Source: a virus. Taken from it: a DNA stretch of 64,000 bases. The notes beneath the pieces were generated by a model that did not search any database, was not told where the DNA came from, and saw nothing but the letters and a program-made list of their open reading frames with translations. Positions 55,088-64,000 of this stretch are shown here, in pieces. Within the stretch, counting starts at the first letter, position 1. Every line of letters starts with the position of its first letter. The translations under genes were made by a program, and so were the position numbers. The stretch spans positions 27,323 through 91,322 of the IMG/VR virus record IMGVR_UViG_3300042311_001406; one strand, written 5' to 3'.

Positions 55088-55869
55088 CAGATTGGGTCCT
55101 TGATTGCCGCCACACGACGGTCGTTGAGGATGAGGTTTGGTGCGTTGATGGAGAGTTCAGCGTAGGCGTTGATCTCCATGACGTTGCCATTGATCTTGGC
55201 GATGCCGTCTTTGTCGACGCTGATGTCAAGCGCCGGCCTGGGATCTGTCTTCTTGCGTGTGACGCGAACCTGTACCGGGATGTCGCCAGTACCCACACGA
55301 ATGCCAACCCTGAAACCATCCGCCTCTGGATCAGTTTTCACCCGGTACTCGGCTGCATACTCGACGACATCTTTCCCTTTTTCTCGGGTCCACGCCACGT
55401 GGCCGCCAGGACCCTTCAAGTTCCAGCTGTCGAAGATGTTCTCGATCACGCCCAGCGGGGAGTAGACCGTGTTGGCCAGGGCGCCGCTGCCGACGATGAC
55501 AGTGCCGCCACGCAGAGCCAGAATCTTGGCCTCCGTGCCGTCTTCACTCAGCACGCGGAACCCCATGCTGCCCGGTGGGAATTTCTGCTTTGAGAGTCGC
55601 CCTTTTCCCTCGCCGAGTGCACTGTCGAACGGCATCTTGAACCCGATCACGGTTTCAAGCCCGCCAGCGCCCGACGACAGGATGACGCATTCGGCCTTCA
55701 CCTCGGGGACAAAGTCGAAGCCGCCACCGTTGGCCGCGTTGATGTAGGGCAGCAGCCAGGAGACTTTTCTGAACTTTCTCCCGCTCCGGGAGATGGCATG
55801 CAGCGTCTTGGTGTCCTCTTGAACACTGGTAACGCGACACTCGTAGATTCGAGCCTCGATGCCTGGCAT
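55087..55869 (-). CDS. baseplate central spike / gpV-gp5 OB-fold protein
   Basis: Start ATG 55869 (GGAGAG); WLLP...GGGFDFVPEV...VIG motif and a beta-helix-like tail. Confidence 0.6.
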   Translation of the reverse strand: MPGIEARIYECRVTSVQEDTKTLHAISRSGRKFRKVSWLLPYINAANGGGFDFVPEVKAECVILSSGAGGLETVIGFKMPFDSALGEGKGRLSKQKFPPGSMGFRVLSEDGTEAKILALRGGTVIVGSGALANTVYSPLGVIENIFDSWNLKGPGGHVAWTREKGKDVVEYAAEYRVKTDPEADGFRVGIRVGTGDIPVQVRVTRKKTDPRPALDISVDKDGIAKINGNVMEINAYAELSINAPNLILNDRRVAAIKDPI

Positions 55870-55898
55870 TGTTCTCTCCGTAACGTCTCGATAGAATA
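55869..55898. promoter_or_regulatory. putative bidirectional promoter
   Basis: TTGTTC-N17-TAGAAT on +; overlapping TATTCT on -; 58-bp divergent gap. Confidence 0.45.
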
Positions 55899-55927
55899 GA
55901 CGCGAAATCCAGACCAAGGACAACAAA

Positions 55928-57466
55928 ATGCGCACGAAGGCCGAACTCGAATCGTTCGCCAAGCAGGCTTCCGCAAAGTTCATCAACAACGGCGTCAGCC
56001 TTGATGAAGCTGTGTTCGAGGTCGCTTCGGTGAACTCTCTCAATGACGAGCAGACCAAGCGCGTCATCGGGTACACCAACACGTTCGTCAACAACGAACT
56101 CGTGAAGCAGGCAAAAGCTCACGGCAAGGACCCGTCGATCCACTTCCCCATGGCCAGCGCTGAAGGCGTGAAAACGGCGTCCAAGAAGATCGGCGGCCAC
56201 GCCAAGACGGCCTCGAAGAAGTCGGACGCTGAGTTCGACATCTTTGGCTCCGATCCGGTCGAGAAAGTGGCTTCGATGTTCGAGGTTCCAGAAGCCGAAA
56301 TGTCCAACGAAGAGGTGATGACGAAGGTGGCTGGCGCCGCTTCGACCGCGCCCACCCTCTCACACCTCGACGAAAACGTCCTCACCGAGGCCTACATCAA
56401 GGGCACGACGCTGCAGGGCCACTACTTCCTGCCGTCGCAGATGGAAGCCGCGGCCCGCAACGTCCAGACGACGATGGAGTTCGCGAAGCAGGCACAGGCT
56501 GGTCTCGACCACGAGATCGAGCTTGGTCTCGCCGCGCTCAAAGACACGGTGCACGATCTGATGCTGGATGGCACCACGATCGCCAGCCTGAAGCACATCG
56601 CCGCCACCGAGAACATGTCGAAGACCGCTTCGGCCGTGATCCACGACGTCAACATCGAGCAGGGCATCGACGTCGAGCGCATGGGCGAAGGCAAGAACCA
56701 GGTCGAGGCTGGCGCCATCATCGACCCGCGTCACCCCTTCATCCGTGACCTGCGCAAGGTGGCCGCCCTCCGCCTCAAGCAGGAGAAGACGGCACAGGTT
56801 GTCGCCCAGCTTGAAGACGCGCACGCGCGTGCCCAGGCGGACGTCAAGGAGTGCCGTCGCCTGCCGAAGACCGCGATGTTCATGCCGACCAAGGCCGTTG
56901 GCTCGAAGGCGGGCCTCGCGCTCAACGCGGTTGGCGCTGGCTTCTCGGCGTCCGACGCCACGAAGAAGCTGAAGGCGGCGCAGCGCACCCCGGCCGTGGG
57001 CGCTCAGAAGATGGCCAGCGTGCTGGGCTCGGCGGCGGCTGCTGTGTTGCCAGCGGTGGCTGTCGGCACGGGCATTGCGCTGGCTGGCCGTGGCATCGAC
57101 GCGGGTCTGACGCAGATCGGCAAGGCGTGGAAGTCGCAGAAGCATCAGAAGATGTTCGCTGAGCTCGCCAAGAAGGACCCCGAGTTCCTGACCAATCCGC
57201 GCGCCCGCGAGGCTTTCGACATCATCGAGAAGTACGCGCCGGCCATCCTCAAGAGCCCTGTCGCCACCCGCGACTACATCAAGGGCCAGCTCCAGTTCCC
57301 TCGCAGCAGCATGGAGCTGATTCGCCACCTTGCCGACTTCCAGAAGACCTACGCCCAGGGCAACATGGGCGGCGGACCTGGCATGGGGTCGATGGTGGCT
57401 GGCGAGTTCAACAGCCAGCTCAAGTCACAGGCGGCTGATGAACGTCGTCGCCTCTCTGGCGGCTGA
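55928..57466 (+). CDS. K-x-A-rich head (inner core) protein
   Basis: About 13 K-x-A sites in 512 aa; hydrophobic Gly/Ala modules; first gene of the head operon. Confidence 0.7.
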   Translation: MRTKAELESFAKQASAKFINNGVSLDEAVFEVASVNSLNDEQTKRVIGYTNTFVNNELVKQAKAHGKDPSIHFPMASAEGVKTASKKIGGHAKTASKKSDAEFDIFGSDPVEKVASMFEVPEAEMSNEEVMTKVAGAASTAPTLSHLDENVLTEAYIKGTTLQGHYFLPSQMEAAARNVQTTMEFAKQAQAGLDHEIELGLAALKDTVHDLMLDGTTIASLKHIAATENMSKTASAVIHDVNIEQGIDVERMGEGKNQVEAGAIIDPRHPFIRDLRKVAALRLKQEKTAQVVAQLEDAHARAQADVKECRRLPKTAMFMPTKAVGSKAGLALNAVGAGFSASDATKKLKAAQRTPAVGAQKMASVLGSAAAAVLPAVAVGTGIALAGRGIDAGLTQIGKAWKSQKHQKMFAELAKKDPEFLTNPRAREAFDIIEKYAPAILKSPVATRDYIKGQLQFPRSSMELIRHLADFQKTYAQGNMGGGPGMGSMVAGEFNSQLKSQAADERRRLSGG

Positions 57467-57517
57467 TCTCCATCAGCACACCAAGCAGCATCAAAACTCA
57501 GGACATCGGGAGACGGC

Positions 57518-59110
57518 GTGAGCGATCAACACAACTTCTACAAGAACATCGACAGCGGCGAAGACACCAATTTCGGGCCGTCGATGTCTTGGATTGATGT
57601 CGACTCGAAGTTCGCCTTCGAGAAGATCGCTCGCGCCCACTCCATCCACCAGAGCTACATCCCTGAGACGTTGCAGCAGACGATCGAAAGCATCCGCGGC
57701 AAGCTGCCCAAGGACAAGGTCGCGTTCTACAACCGTGCCCTCGGGAGCTTTGAGAGCTACGGCCTGAACAAGAACGGCGACGGCTGGTTCCGTGAAGAGC
57801 TGATGCGGAAGCACGCGACCTTTGTGTCGGACGCCGCGTACTTCCGTGACCACCTCAACAAGATCGCCATCCACCCGCACTTTGGTCGCCCAATCGCCAG
57901 CGCGTTCAACGAGAAGACCGACATGGTCGATCTCATCATCCTGGCCGATTTCGACAAAGTCGCTGAAAACGACATCCAGATGCTGGAGCGCGGCGGCCGC
58001 GTCTTCACCAGCATGGGCTGCCGCGTCAAGTTTGACGTCTGCACGATTTGCGGCCACCAGGCGCCAGCCCCTGATCACTATTGCGAGCACGTCAGGAAGC
58101 ATGCTCGTCACCCATATGGCATGGGCCAGGTGCTGGCTGACGGCCGCGTCTGTGGCGTCATGAACCCTGATCCGATCTTCTTCGACATCTCACGTCTCGA
58201 CGCCAATCCGGCTTTCGTGGGCAGCGAGAATCTGATGAAGGTCGCCGCTGCCATGGCCGGTGGCCGCGGCCGTCGCACCATGGTCCAGGTCAAAAGCGAA
58301 CGCTCCGTCAGGCCAGCGACCGCCGTCAAGTCAAGCCACGGTTGCGGCACCACCAAGAAGGCCGAAGAGAAGCAGGCTGACATGGTCAAGACCCTGCCGG
58401 CGACGACGGAAGCTGCTGTCGTTGGTGACCGCGTGATCGCAGCCCACGCTGCAGCCGCGCCCCGCCTTCCTGTGGCCGCCCTCATCAAGAAGGCTGGCTC
58501 GATGACATCGGCGCTCAAGGGCTCACTGGCTCTCGGCGTCATCTGGTCGCCTGACGAGTTCCGTGAAGGCGTGAAGATCGCCAGCGGCAAAGACCCAGGG
58601 CCTCAGTCGTGGCCAAGCCGCGTGAAGCTTGCTTCGGGTGCCTCGGCACTCAGCGCAAGCTCTGTGGCCGCATGGGGCGCGACGCCACTCGTTGACCTCA
58701 CTGATGAGCTGGCCAGCGTCGCTGAAGATCGAAGCCTGCTGCAGCCTCTGCTTTTCAACCGCTGCCAGCATCTGAAGGTCGCTCAGAATTCTGGTGCAGG
58801 CGAGAAGCAGTCCTTGTTGCCGAACGCAGATCCGAGCTATTCTCTGTACCGCGCGCTGTGCGTGCGCGGTCTTGAGGGATCGTTTTCTGGGATCGACACG
58901 GAGAAAATCGCGGACACGATGGTCCGCACCACGTCGAAGATGAGCAAAGAACTTGCTCTCGGACTGTGGACGAAAGAATCAGATTGTGGTGCTCTTGAAA
59001 AGAAGGCAAACGCCAGCAATACTGGCCCCGCACTTCTCATGACGGGCTCCATGATGGAGAATCTTGGGGCGGAAGCCCTTGATCAAATGGCTCGAAACAC
59101 GCTGACCTGA
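57518..59110 (+). CDS. prohead maturation protease (serine; HK97/assemblin-like fold)
   Basis: NKNGD, FRDHLN (His), TSMGC (Ser), CTICG..CEH Zn insert, FFDIS; upstream of scaffold and capsid genes. Confidence 0.8.
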   Translation: MSDQHNFYKNIDSGEDTNFGPSMSWIDVDSKFAFEKIARAHSIHQSYIPETLQQTIESIRGKLPKDKVAFYNRALGSFESYGLNKNGDGWFREELMRKHATFVSDAAYFRDHLNKIAIHPHFGRPIASAFNEKTDMVDLIILADFDKVAENDIQMLERGGRVFTSMGCRVKFDVCTICGHQAPAPDHYCEHVRKHARHPYGMGQVLADGRVCGVMNPDPIFFDISRLDANPAFVGSENLMKVAAAMAGGRGRRTMVQVKSERSVRPATAVKSSHGCGTTKKAEEKQADMVKTLPATTEAAVVGDRVIAAHAAAAPRLPVAALIKKAGSMTSALKGSLALGVIWSPDEFREGVKIASGKDPGPQSWPSRVKLASGASALSASSVAAWGATPLVDLTDELASVAEDRSLLQPLLFNRCQHLKVAQNSGAGEKQSLLPNADPSYSLYRALCVRGLEGSFSGIDTEKIADTMVRTTSKMSKELALGLWTKESDCGALEKKANASNTGPALLMTGSMMENLGAEALDQMARNTLT

Positions 59111-59142
59111 TCACCGAGTCAGCCACCAAGGAGACAGAGAAC

Positions 59143-60222
59143 ATGTTCAACAACGCCAACCAGACCTTCGCCGACCTGCTCGCCGCCACCAACGGCGTCG
59201 GCGGTGGCACCCAGGACAAGACCGCCAGCGAAACCAACACCGGTTCCGCTTCGCCCTTCGCCAAGGGCTTCTTCGCGAAGGTCGCCAGCGGCGATGCTGA
59301 AGCGCTTGCTGAACTCGAAGCCTACGGTGAGAGCCGTGCGGCCGACGGTCTCAGCGGTGACGAAGTCGCCGCCGAGATCAACCAGTTCGAGGCCGCCGAG
59401 ATCGAAGCCGGTGGCGAAGGCAGCGGCGACGCCGGCACCGATGACGGTGAAGGCGCCGGCGAAGGCGGTGAAGGCGGCGCGGACGACGAGTTCGAGGCCG
59501 AGAAGACCGCGGCGATGATCGAGGCCAGCAACCAGGCGGTTGCCGATGTCCTCGCCAACAGCGAGCTCGCTGCTGCTCTCGGCATCGACCAGGAGAAGAT
59601 CGCCGAATTCATCATCGCTGAAGAGGCGGGCGCCGCCTACTTCGAGACCAGCCGCCGCGTCAACGAGATGATCGAGAAGATCGCCTCGACCATGATCCCG
59701 TCGCAGGAAGACGTGGCTGCCGCCACCGAGTTCCTCAAGACGGCCGGCGTGGACGTCAGCTCGGTCGTGGCCCAGGCCGCCGAGTTCGAGAAGCAGGCTT
59801 CGGCCACCACGACCGAATCGACGGCCGAGAAGGTCGCCCGTGAAGCCGCCGAGCGCGAACAGCTCATGTTCGCGGCGATGGCCACCCTCCGCGATGCCGG
59901 CTTCGACATCGAGAAGGTCGCCGCCGACGCGGAGAGCAAGAAGAAGATGTCCGGCAAGGCCAAGGCTGCGCTCGGCATCGGTGCTGGTGTTGGCGCGGCT
60001 GCGCTCGGCCTCGCGGCTGGCAACAAGGCGCTCGGTGGTCGGTTCTCGACGCGTGCGGGCATGGACTCGGCGAAGGCCGGCGTCCGCGCTGGTGCCGACA
60101 TGTTCAAGTCGACCAAGGGTCAGGGCTTGAAGGACCGCGCTCGCGCGGCCGGTGTCATGGCCAAGGACAAAGCGACGCGCCAAGCCAAGGGCGACAAGTT
60201 CTACAACGGCGTCTTCCGCTGA
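59143..60222 (+). CDS. scaffold-like acidic protein with a basic glycine-zipper tail
   Basis: DKTAS, AKVAS, EKTAA, EKIAE, EKIAS, LKTAG, EKQAS, EKVAR, EKVAA. Confidence 0.7.
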   Translation: MFNNANQTFADLLAATNGVGGGTQDKTASETNTGSASPFAKGFFAKVASGDAEALAELEAYGESRAADGLSGDEVAAEINQFEAAEIEAGGEGSGDAGTDDGEGAGEGGEGGADDEFEAEKTAAMIEASNQAVADVLANSELAAALGIDQEKIAEFIIAEEAGAAYFETSRRVNEMIEKIASTMIPSQEDVAAATEFLKTAGVDVSSVVAQAAEFEKQASATTTESTAEKVAREAAEREQLMFAAMATLRDAGFDIEKVAADAESKKKMSGKAKAALGIGAGVGAAALGLAAGNKALGGRFSTRAGMDSAKAGVRAGADMFKSTKGQGLKDRARAAGVMAKDKATRQAKGDKFYNGVFR

Positions 60223-60253
60223 GTTCTGATCGACCATTCCACACCGATCGGAG

Positions 60254-60631
60254 ATGACGACCATGAGCAAAGCAGCAGAATTGGCCAAGACCGCCGCCGA
60301 GAAGTCCGCCCAGACCGCAGAAGTGGCGACTCTTCGTGCCAAGGTTGCGGCTTTTGAGAAGGAGAAGGAGGCCGAAAACCTCCTTCTCTCTCTCGACATC
60401 CGTCACTCGATGTCCCCCGTCAGCGTCAACGATTTCATCGAGAAGCGAGCCCAGATCGCCAAGATGAAGGACATCGAGTCGGCACACGTCGCCGTCAAGA
60501 TGGCGCAGACGCAATCGTTTGATGCCTGCATCGGTGATCCCGTTGAACGGAACACCGATGACGGCGCCAGGCCTGGCGACGCGGTGACGCGTGCCGACAA
60601 AGATCTCAACGACTTCATCTTCAGCAGCTGA
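60254..60631 (+). CDS. small scaffold-like protein
   Basis: Coiled coil with about 7 K-x-A sites; C-terminal DLNDFIFSS amphipathic tip. Confidence 0.65.
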   Translation: MTTMSKAAELAKTAAEKSAQTAEVATLRAKVAAFEKEKEAENLLLSLDIRHSMSPVSVNDFIEKRAQIAKMKDIESAHVAVKMAQTQSFDACIGDPVERNTDDGARPGDAVTRADKDLNDFIFSS

Positions 60632-60673
60632 GCCTGCTACCAACCGTCAACCGCTCGACAGGAGAACACGCAC

Positions 60674-61120
60674 ATGGCTCTCAAGATCATCAACGACGCC
60701 GCCTTCCGTGACCGCAAGCCGGCGAAGCTTCCCCCGAAGACCACCCTCTCGGACGCCACCCTCAAGACCTGGAAGGGCGGCATGGTCATCCGTGAACAGG
60801 CTGACGGCTCGCACGTGCTCGCCGACGGCGCAGCCTTCGTGCCCGACCCGAAGTTCCTGCTCATCGGTGGCGACGCGTCGGACGTCCTGGCCGCGCGCTC
60901 GATCGGCTACGTCGAAGGCCCCGACACCTTCAAGATCAACAACGAGGCCTTCGTTGGCAACCCCGTGGCCGGCGATGAGCTCGCCATCGGCACCGGTGGC
61001 AACGTCGGCAAGCTCGTCGTCGTGGCCTCGACCACCCCGGCGCTGCTCAGCGCCAAGGTCGCGAACGTGACCAAGGCGGCCGACGCTGATGGCTTCATCA
61101 CCATCAAGGTCGTTCGCTGA
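60674..61120 (+). CDS. head decoration/cement protein (putative)
   Basis: 148 aa, beta-rich, AGDEL.IG..G.L motif; immediately upstream of the capsid gene. Confidence 0.6.
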   Translation: MALKIINDAAFRDRKPAKLPPKTTLSDATLKTWKGGMVIREQADGSHVLADGAAFVPDPKFLLIGGDASDVLAARSIGYVEGPDTFKINNEAFVGNPVAGDELAIGTGGNVGKLVVVASTTPALLSAKVANVTKAADADGFITIKVVR

Positions 61121-61131
61121 GCGAACAAGCT

Positions 61132-61168
61132 GAGCGGCGGCCCTCAAAGTCGCCGCTCGGTTGTTGTT
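61132..61168 (+). terminator. stem-loop upstream of the capsid gene (attenuator or mRNA stabiliser)
   Basis: GAGCGGCGGC-CCTCAAA-GTCGCCGCTC followed by GGTTGTTGTT. Confidence 0.5.
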
Positions 61169-61208
61169 GACCACCACCTCAATTCATCTCGCACAGGGAG
61201 AACGATAC

Positions 61209-62126
61209 ATGTCCATCGCCAACCAGCTCTTCGTCGAAAAGCTCCGCCAGCCCGGCATGGAGAAGCTTGCCGCTGACCGCCTCAACGGCTTCGTCCGTGA
61301 AACCCTCTATGAGGGCAGCGTCTTCGCGAAGCTCATCCCGCCCCAGCCGGTCAGCCCGCGTGACCTCGATCGTCTGCCTGCCGAGGAAAACGGTGGTCGC
61401 GCCGGCCTGCGCAAGGTCATCGACAAGGAATTCACGGACGTCTCGGCCGTGGCCCTCGACTTCCGCACCTCGACGCCGAAGCAGTACATCGAGTCCAGCA
61501 CCTTCAACATCAACTTCCACAAGATCGCGACGCCGACGTTCGAGATCACGGAAGACGAGCTGAAGGCGAAGGAACAGCCGATCCAGTCGATCCTCAAGAA
61601 CGCGATGACCGCGCACATCGATCGCGTGATCGATGAAACGGCCCGCAACGCCATGGTGGAAGCCGTCACCGGCACGTCGCGCGATGCGACGACCAGCGAC
61701 GAATACATCATGCCGCGCAACATCGTGAAGCTCATCAACTTGATCGAGTCCAGCGGCGCTGGCTCGGCCAAGAAGAAGCTGAAGGTCGAGACCCTGCTCA
61801 TGACGCAGGGCATGTGGAACCAGCTCTACACCTGGACCCAGTCCGACATCAGCTCGGTCATCGGCGAGAAATACTGGGCCGACGGGTTCACGTACGAGAC
61901 GCTGAACAAGAAGCGCGTCATCGTCACCAACAAGGACGACATGTTCCCGACGAACGAAGTCTGGGCCTTCGCCAGCCCCGAGTTCCTCGGCGTCCACTAC
62001 AACCTGAACGACGACCGCTTCGAGATCCAGCGCGACTTCGATCTCCTGCGCTTCAAGGCGTGGAAGACCCACGGCGCTGGCTTCGGCAACACCAGCGGCA
62101 TCGCCCGCATGACCTTCGGCGTCTGA
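61209..62126 (+). CDS. major capsid protein (HK97 fold, inferred)
   Basis: 305 aa, GGGAG RBS, extreme codon bias, position after protease/scaffold/decoration, strong terminator; FASPEFLG and C-terminal G.GN..GIA. Confidence 0.8.
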   Translation: MSIANQLFVEKLRQPGMEKLAADRLNGFVRETLYEGSVFAKLIPPQPVSPRDLDRLPAEENGGRAGLRKVIDKEFTDVSAVALDFRTSTPKQYIESSTFNINFHKIATPTFEITEDELKAKEQPIQSILKNAMTAHIDRVIDETARNAMVEAVTGTSRDATTSDEYIMPRNIVKLINLIESSGAGSAKKKLKVETLLMTQGMWNQLYTWTQSDISSVIGEKYWADGFTYETLNKKRVIVTNKDDMFPTNEVWAFASPEFLGVHYNLNDDRFEIQRDFDLLRFKAWKTHGAGFGNTSGIARMTFGV

Positions 62127-62163
62127 GCTGAAGCAGGGTGACGACCAGCGTCGACAGAGATAC

Positions 62164-62199
62164 AGTGAGGGCGGACGAAGTGTCCGCCCTCACTTTTTT
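62164..62199 (+). terminator. intrinsic terminator
   Basis: 13-bp stem AGTGAGGGCGGAC/GTCCGCCCTCACT followed by a T-run. Confidence 0.9.
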
Positions 62200-62246
62200 C
62201 TGGCGTGAAACATCGATCCGCCACGCCTTCGTAGGAGATCATCGAC

Positions 62247-62918
62247 ATGAAGATGCCCAGCGCTTTTTTCAAGAACATGCTCGACACCGTCAAGGAAGCT
62301 GGCTTCGCCACGTTCCAGCCGAAGCAAGTCCGCTTCCTGACTGGCGGCGAACGCAAGCTCTCGCGCCCTGTCCTCGATCGCTTGCTGGCCAAGGGCGACT
62401 TCGCCGGCCCGTTCGAGACCGCTGCCGAAGCCGAGGCCTACCAGGGGAACGGTGTCGCCCCCGACGCCCCCGCGGCCGCAGATGCCTCTGACGTGAACCA
62501 TGTCCTCAGCCAGGATGCCGCCGTCGACACCACTGGCGCCGGCCAGGCTGACCCAGTGGTTGAGCTGCCTCCCCCGCCCGCCCCAGTCGCCGCCGATGTT
62601 CCCGAGACCAGCCCTGAAGCCACGCAGGCCATTGTCGACGGCATCGCCGCCGCCGTCCTGCCACCGGTGGTCGACGAGCTGCCGCCCCCACCCGCCCCCG
62701 CCGAGGTCCCCCACGCGGCTCCCACGGCTTTGGAGTCAGCTCCCACGGCTCCCACGGAAACGCCCACGGCTCCCACCGAGCCAGCCGTCACCCCGGCAGC
62801 TGCTGAGGCCCCGGCACCAGCTCTGGCTGTTGCCGCAGAAGCAGAGGAAGATGAGGATGACGGCCTGATTGCCGCCGCCAAGCCCGACGCCAGGAAGGGC
62901 GCCAAGAAGAAGGGTTGA
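62247..62918 (+). CDS. Pro/Ala-rich low-complexity protein
   Basis: AGGAG RBS; PTAPTE repeats. Confidence 0.65.
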   Translation: MKMPSAFFKNMLDTVKEAGFATFQPKQVRFLTGGERKLSRPVLDRLLAKGDFAGPFETAAEAEAYQGNGVAPDAPAAADASDVNHVLSQDAAVDTTGAGQADPVVELPPPPAPVAADVPETSPEATQAIVDGIAAAVLPPVVDELPPPPAPAEVPHAAPTALESAPTAPTETPTAPTEPAVTPAAAEAPAPALAVAAEAEEDEDDGLIAAAKPDARKGAKKKG

Positions 62919-62924
62919 TCTTCG

Positions 62925-63401
62925 ATGCCGATCAATATGAGCCTTGATGACCTCGTCAGGAAGCTTCGACTCTTCCTTGGCGACTCCCCTGAAACCAATC
63001 AGCTGATCGCTGGCTTCGAGCTCAGCGACGACAAACTCAGGCTCGCGCTTGAGCTTGCCGTCGACGAGTTCAACACGACGACGCCAATCACCAGCTACTC
63101 GATCTCACAGTTTCCGAGTCTGAAGGTGCTTTTGCATGCTGGAGCTGTGCAGGCTCTGATCATGGCTGGCATCATCGCCGACCGAAACTACCTGCAGTTT
63201 GCTGACGGCGGGTTGAGCGAGGTTCTCGGGGACCGCGGCCAACGGTACCAGGCGTGGATCGCTCAGCTGGTTGCCAGCTACAAGCAGGCGGCAGAGGCCA
63301 TCAAGATTCAGATCAACATGGAAGAAGGTTGGGGTACCCACCACAGCCCGTACCTCAACATTGGCGTTACCCGTGGCGGGTGGTCAGATACGGAGTGGTG
63401 A
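62925..63401 (+). CDS. head-tail adaptor / neck protein (putative)
   Basis: LRLFLGD...ELSDD.L..AL..A...FN helical pattern; position downstream of the capsid gene. Confidence 0.6.
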   Translation: MPINMSLDDLVRKLRLFLGDSPETNQLIAGFELSDDKLRLALELAVDEFNTTTPITSYSISQFPSLKVLLHAGAVQALIMAGIIADRNYLQFADGGLSEVLGDRGQRYQAWIAQLVASYKQAAEAIKIQINMEEGWGTHHSPYLNIGVTRGGWSDTEW

Positions 63402-63404
63402 TCT

Positions 63405-64000
63405 GTGAAGTTTTACGACGAATCACTGACGCTCTTTCTGCGAGACAGCATCCACTTCCAGTGGAAGTTTGACCCGCAGGGCGCAGTCCCATCGCAGCTT
63501 GATTTCGTCGTCGAGCGCAGCGGCTCACCGAGTGGTCCGTGGGACGAGTTGGCAACGGTCGACCCACGGACCACTTTCAGCTACCACGATGACACCGCCC
63601 CCTTGCGGGCGATGAACGACACCCACTTCTACCGCATTCGTGTGGTCCGAAAGTCTGACGGCGTCACCGTCCACGAGTCGCGTGCTGTCTCCTACGACAA
63701 CGACCTGCCCTTGGACGCGAAGTGGATCATCAAACAGCAGACGATTCTGTTGGAAGGTGTCAACGGCCACAAGGCCATCAAAGGTCGCCCTGTCACCGTC
63801 TACAAGAAAATCACGAATGGGCCACCTTGCGACATCTGCACCGACAAGACGACAGGGCAGGTCATCATCAGCAACTGCATGGCGTGTGTCGGCACCGGCA
63901 TCGACCGTGGCTACTACAACGGCATCACCGTCGGCATGAACCTGACGCCGGCCACCAACATGAAGCGCTTGACCAATATGCAGGCGGTGTCCGACACAGA
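63405..64000 (+). CDS. neck/head-closure-like protein with FN3-like and Zn-finger parts (3'-truncated; absent from the ORF track)
   Basis: GTG 63405 after GGAG reads open to the window end: ...FVVERSGSPSGPW...FYRIR...CDIC...CMACVGTG..GYY. Confidence 0.7.
   Translation, partial: MKFYDESLTLFLRDSIHFQWKFDPQGAVPSQLDFVVERSGSPSGPWDELATVDPRTTFSYHDDTAPLRAMNDTHFYRIRVVRKSDGVTVHESRAVSYDNDLPLDAKWIIKQQTILLEGVNGHKAIKGRPVTVYKKITNGPPCDICTDKTTGQVIISNCMACVGTGIDRGYYNGITVGMNLTPATNMKRLTNMQAVSDT

Noticed and set aside
62717-62780. GCTCCCAC short tandem repeats
   Set aside because: They encode a low-complexity PTAPTE linker with no sign of an independent function.
1-64000. Abundant GTCGAC sites; alternative genetic code; tRNA genes
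   Set aside because: GTCGAC follows from Val-Asp codon preference. Genes are intact and coupled under code 11. No cloverleaf or T-loop signature was noticed, although tRNAscan was not run.

Overview
The window is a gene-dense, GC-rich segment of a large tailed (myovirus-like) bacteriophage genome. No rRNA, tRNA, CRISPR array or integrase was seen. Left to right it carries: (1) baseplate and tail genes interspersed with a DarG-like macrodomain, an H1-like basic protein and dCTP deaminase; (2) a patatin / holin-like / MshEN-like three-gene unit and a receptor-binding-type cassette; (3) deoxynucleoside kinase, an intein-containing class II ribonucleotide reductase and a Prim-Pol/VapE primase-helicase, followed by a ~1.3-kb AT-rich non-coding region with iterons and a ~450-bp nested palindrome (likely origin); (4) a single-chain beta-beta' RNA polymerase and a GpA-like terminase; (5) a leftward cluster of small genes behind a conserved 35-bp promoter motif, and a SNF2-like helicase; (6) the head module (prohead protease, scaffold-like proteins, decoration protein, major capsid protein, neck proteins). 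The most striking unexplained signal is a K-x-A|(A/S/G) motif (EKTAS, EKVAA, VKLAE...). It is heavily enriched in head-module proteins and occurs once near the N-terminus of the capsid protein and of a helicase. It also divides apparent polyproteins into short cationic or glycine-zipper modules, some flanked by DNA direct repeats at the motif. This suggests a protease-addressed, modular virion-cargo system (inference). All protein assignments rest on motif recognition by eye; no database search was run.
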